Made by a program: the position numbers and the translations under genes. From positions 58,208,291 through 58,246,677 of the forward strand of contig NC_057718.1 in the NCBI RefSeq assembly GCF_004010195.1: a stretch of DNA of 38,387 bases. The letters run 5' to 3'. Shown one piece after another: positions 35,016 through 38,387 of the stretch. The stretch is from Chiloscyllium plagiosum. Taxonomy: Eukaryota. The notes under the pieces were generated by a model, which was not told the DNA's origin, ran no database searches, and saw nothing but the letters and a program-made list of their open reading frames with translations. How positions within the stretch are numbered: position 1 is the stretch's first letter; each line of letters starts with the position of its first letter.

Positions 35016-35944
35016 ATAGCAGGAGCCTGAATATTGGGAAACATTACCTTTTATTTAGAAATAGTGGATAAGACTTGACCTCTAACCTAACTGCTGGAGA
35101 GACCATCTCCATGTGATCTTATGTCATTCCCATAATTATGTGGATCATGGTATTTATATATTTACATAAACTTTTGACATTACAGTCTTTATTTTGACTA
35201 TGCAGTTTCTGTCTGACATGTGAACAATGTGAACCTAATATATTGAAGTTCACAGTCAAGATATTGAACTGTCTTGATAGAAAGAACAGTTAGAACAGCT
35301 TGAAAGAACTCTAAGAATTTCCTATGATTCATTATAATTTATTGTATCATAATTCTTGCCAAAAGGAATTTTAAGCCTTTGAAAATATACCCTCTGATCA
35401 GTGTGGGCAAATACCTAGTGTATCCATCTGGAATTCTTCTTTATAGAGACAAAACCATAAGCCATGAAATCAGCACATATATCTTGTGCAGTAATGATAT
35501 AGTTATGATATGTACACCAAGATTTTTGTTGCTCAAACCAGGTTGACTTAAGTTTTCATCTTGAGAAGTCATCAATGTAAGCCCTTTTTTTTGTTCAATA
35601 CTGAGAGATGGACTGAACATGTATTTGAATGAGTTTCGTGTTTGCACCATCTTTACAGCAAGTGTTGCAGTGCAGAGGATGCTAATGTCAGACTGCAAAG
35701 CAATAATCACAGATAGAAAATGCTGACTTGCATTAGTCATTTTTATGAAACATCATAAAATATATGTTTTACTATGTCCAGACTTGAATTGTAATACTAT
35801 AGTATTTTGAATAGGTAATTTTTCTGAGTTATCCCAAGAGTATAATAATCCAAAGTAAATATGTGTTTTGGCTTATGTTAGCTCCTTCCAGTGAAACTGT
35901 TCTCTTTCAGAGGAATTGGAAACGGATTATGGTTTAGTACTTCA

Positions 35945-36530
35945 AACGCCTCAGGGTGGAATCTCCTTCTCAAGTCAGGAATGGCACTTATTTAGGCAGT
36001 GTGTTAATGCACCCAAACCCCATTCCTTCTCACCTCCACCAGAGTTACATTCAACTTCCCTGACCTGCTGCCAATTGAGTGGCTAATCGGGGATCACTTA
36101 AGGTCCTTATGCTGCTTTCAGTCAGATTAATCCAGACATAGACAGACCTCTTTCCATGTGGTTTGACTGATCGGTCAACCTGTGTGGGCAACTTGTCACT
36201 TTGGTTCAGGATTATGGGGAAGAGGGGTGGATGCCTTGATCAAAGTCAATCAGCACCTGATCAAGGGACTAGACATCAGGCTGTGGGGGGGGGAGAGCGT
36301 GGAGGTTTCCACTGTGATCCAATCTCAGCTCTTGTTTCTGACTCCCTTTACCTACTACCACCCCCCACCACCAACCGCCTCTCATGTCTCCCAAACTACC
36401 AATTCCCCGAACTACCCCCACAACACACCCTGTGATCTTGAAAAAATGGGGTGTTTTTCCTTTTGCAGCTAGGCCTTCTCCATAGCTCTGGCTGACCTTT
36501 CTTGCTAGACTGGGCTGGCCTTCCATACCC
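35945..36530. mobile_element. Degenerate Harbinger-like non-autonomous relic
   Basis: GGGTGGAATCTCC terminus-like start; CCAATTGAG..CACTTAAGG motif; interrupts an Ig V-domain relic. Confidence 0.35.
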
Positions 36531-37484
36531 TAGGTCTTGAAGATATGGACCCATAGGTCACCTCTCCAATTCCTGATGAGAAATGATTTGAGTGGTCTTT
36601 CCTGAAAGAGATAATATGGGTCACTCACCAGCTCTCCACTTGCCTCAGCAAGATATTTGAATTAGTGGAAACATAGGAGCATATAGCTCCACATTCATAT
36701 TCCCAAGGCAACACCTTGGCCTTTAAGAGTTGACTTGCCAAGCAGTTTGCACCCTTTTCTCTGGTTGTATAAATTGTGGATTTTTGAAATTAGGCATTCT
36801 CCTGTTTGTCCTGATGAATGCAAGAGATGTCTCTCTCTTCATCATTACTATTTAACTGTTAAATTAATAAGCCTATCTTCACATTTCTTGTGTTCAATTA
36901 TATTCAATTGTGACATGGTTGTGTCTGGCTAATTACAGCTTGCAGGCAATGATAATTCTATAGTTATGAACTATGTTGCATTTGATCTTTTGCTATAGAT
37001 GATGGGAGTGCTTGAAGTTGTGCAGACAGAATAAGTATTTTCTTATGCATAGCTGTAGTAATAGAAACAGAGATGTAATAATGTACCTTGAGGCTGTGCA
37101 GTGTATACCTGTGAATTGCAGTTCATCTAATTGATGACTCAATCTTTCATTATCTTTAATGGGTCATTAGGTGTTCAGCTACAAATCCTGAGAAGCTGGT
37201 CAATTTCTTTTTACTTAAATTGAAGTAATCTAAGATTTTCTGATTGTCTCTAAAATTCTCTTCCAAGTTCAATCATTAGCTAAGATTTCTGATGTTTAAT
37301 TGTGAATATAAATGTTTTTGGGTTACTCTTAATTTGATATATTTCCAGGTACTGAGCAATTAAGTGGAATTTATTTTCAAAGTCTGTCATGACTAAGTTA
37401 AAACCTGAATTGTGTTTCTTATCTTTTTCAAACTTACCTTCATTAAGTGTATGAAAATATACAGTTCTAATTTTAAAATAGAAA

Positions 37485-37596
37485 TATAAAATAAGAGAAG
37501 TTCTCAACAAGTCTGGCATCAACAGTAGAGAAGGAAACAGAGTTAATATTTCACTCTAAATATGGATTCATCAGAACTGATTTCTGTTCTGATTTC
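37485..37596 (-). mobile_element. Penelope pLTR fragment
   Basis: Homologous to 22673-22770 (CTCAACAAGTCTGGCA..GAAACAGAGTTAAT..TTCATCAGAACTGA). Confidence 0.65.
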
Positions 37597-37917
37597 ATTT
37601 TGATTGTAGTAACTTTTTGTTATGTTCTGTGCAGAGCATAAATATGTACATTTTATACATTAAAGGCTTACATTGAAAGAAACTACATTCAAAAGGTGTT
37701 TAAGGTAACTTGCCAAGGATTCAATGTTCTATAGGGGTTAGGATGGACGTCCTCTAGACATTGATGGCTAGCTGCAAATCTGGCCAGTGAGTGAAGGAGA
37801 TACACTGGGCTGCACTCAGAAAAGATGGAAAAGAGGAGGCTGTTCAAAGGTTGCATGCTGCAGGCTTCAACAAGAACCAGCAAGGACAGCTTTTTATCAT
37901 GCCACATTAAACTAAAT

Positions 37918-38387
37918 GAAGTTAAAAATCACACAACACCAGGGTATAGTCCAACAGGTTTATTTGGAAGCACTAGCCTTTGGAGCACTGCTCCTTCATC
38001 AGGTGGTTGTGGAGAATAAGATTGTAAGACACAGAATTTATAGAAAAAGTTTACAGTGTGATGTAAGTGAAATGATATATTGAAAAAGACCTGGATTGTT
38101 TGTTAAGTCTCTCATCTGTTAGAATGACCATGTTGGTTTCAGTTCTTTCATATGTAAATTGCAAAACTTCTTTTAAAAGTTATATTCTCAAGTGAACTTT
38201 AACAATTGGTGTCATGTCGGCCCAGATAATGTATTGAAGATATTAACTCCCAGTGAGGCTGTCTGTGACACAATGATCAGACAGATTCTGATCTAAAAAA
38301 AGGGATTTACAGAATCTTGCATGGATTCATGCAGTTCTTGAGCAAAGTAAAATGTAATTCTGCAAGTAGAAATTCACCCCACAAACT
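37918..38387 (-). mobile_element. Penelope-like element 3' end/pLTR, runs off the window
   Basis: Reverse complement CAC-CTGATGA-AGGAGC-agt-GCTCC-AAAGG-CTA-GTG hammerhead-like core, then AATAAACCTGTTGGACTATA. Confidence 0.8.

Larger units (their letters stand above)
8160..37915 (-). pseudogene. Giant decayed multi-Ig-domain (V-set plus C2/I-set) membrane protein gene; apparently intronless, interrupted by many TEs, probably 5'-incomplete at the window edge
   Basis: Manual minus-strand translation of the non-TE intervals gives recurrent Ig motifs: TYLCSAQN (~37624-37647), QIKSNP (~37319), LKGQGVALGI (~36700), LSCFF (~34250), SSGMMFC..GEGKG (~34016-34081), YFPCALSGFP (~32578), MGNGKS (~31270), QQSGS..AHNFLGSMGNG (~26300-26363), CSAQGFP (20095-20115), ERGYNLS*SCFF..IYIK* (~10893-10968), NCGLRI (~10810), LDCMLNSKP..ISW (~10213-10260), SGNGS/ELIV (~8415-8442). 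Many stops sit where TGG/TTA/TAC codons are expected. Confidence 0.72.
35016..37915 (-). pseudogene. Ig-relic segment 1 (about 6 domains; interrupted by TEs at ~35945-36530 and ~37485-37596)
   Basis: AVLAGS..SL..LF*V...NVSL..TYLCSAQN; QIKSNPKTF...FTGIHCTAS; RIIIACKL...EYN*...GQGVALGI; SGELVS..RNW; SFTGRS..YTLGIT..SKYYS; VKDGANTKL/TCSV...ITAQD; SPAVRLEVK. Confidence 0.6.

Noticed and set aside
35048..35692. Apparent 645-nt minus-strand exon bounded by ttgcag| and |gtaatg
   Set aside because: All three frames contain stops, and Ig-like translation continues beyond both boundaries, so the splice sites are probably coincidental.
1..38387. Prokaryotic-type systems (CRISPR arrays, operons, retrons) or an endogenous virus
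   Set aside because: No spaced direct-repeat arrays, dense ORFs or viral motifs seen; the RT and GIY-YIG hits are vertebrate LINE and PLE relics.

Overview
Eukaryotic, repeat-dense window with two N-gaps. HE1-type V-SINEs and HER1/CR1 LINEs point to a cartilaginous fish, probably a shark (inference). I found no intact protein-coding gene, and the ORF track is mostly transposon debris and low-complexity sequence. Main observation: from about 8.2 kb to 37.9 kb, almost every stretch between transposons translates on the minus strand, across many stops and frameshifts, into immunoglobulin-superfamily motifs. These include B-strand Cys, C-strand Trp, D/S-G-x-Y-x-C and J-like G-x-G ends. Together they read as one fossil, apparently intronless ORF of roughly 12 kb of native sequence (my estimate: about 35-40 V- and C2/I-type Ig domains). 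It ends in a possible Arg-containing transmembrane segment and an AATAAA, and it probably begins beyond the right edge of the window. CR1/L2, Tx1, Penelope, Harbinger, SINE and microsatellite insertions have fragmented it. Other notable features: a ~600 bp foldback abutting a Tigger transposase relic; several Penelope insertions with two inverted arms, 13-14 bp target-site duplications (TSDs) and minimal hammerhead ribozyme motifs; and multi-level nested insertions. All protein-level calls come from manual translation and need HMM or tblastn confirmation. Coordinates are approximate unless a TSD defines them.
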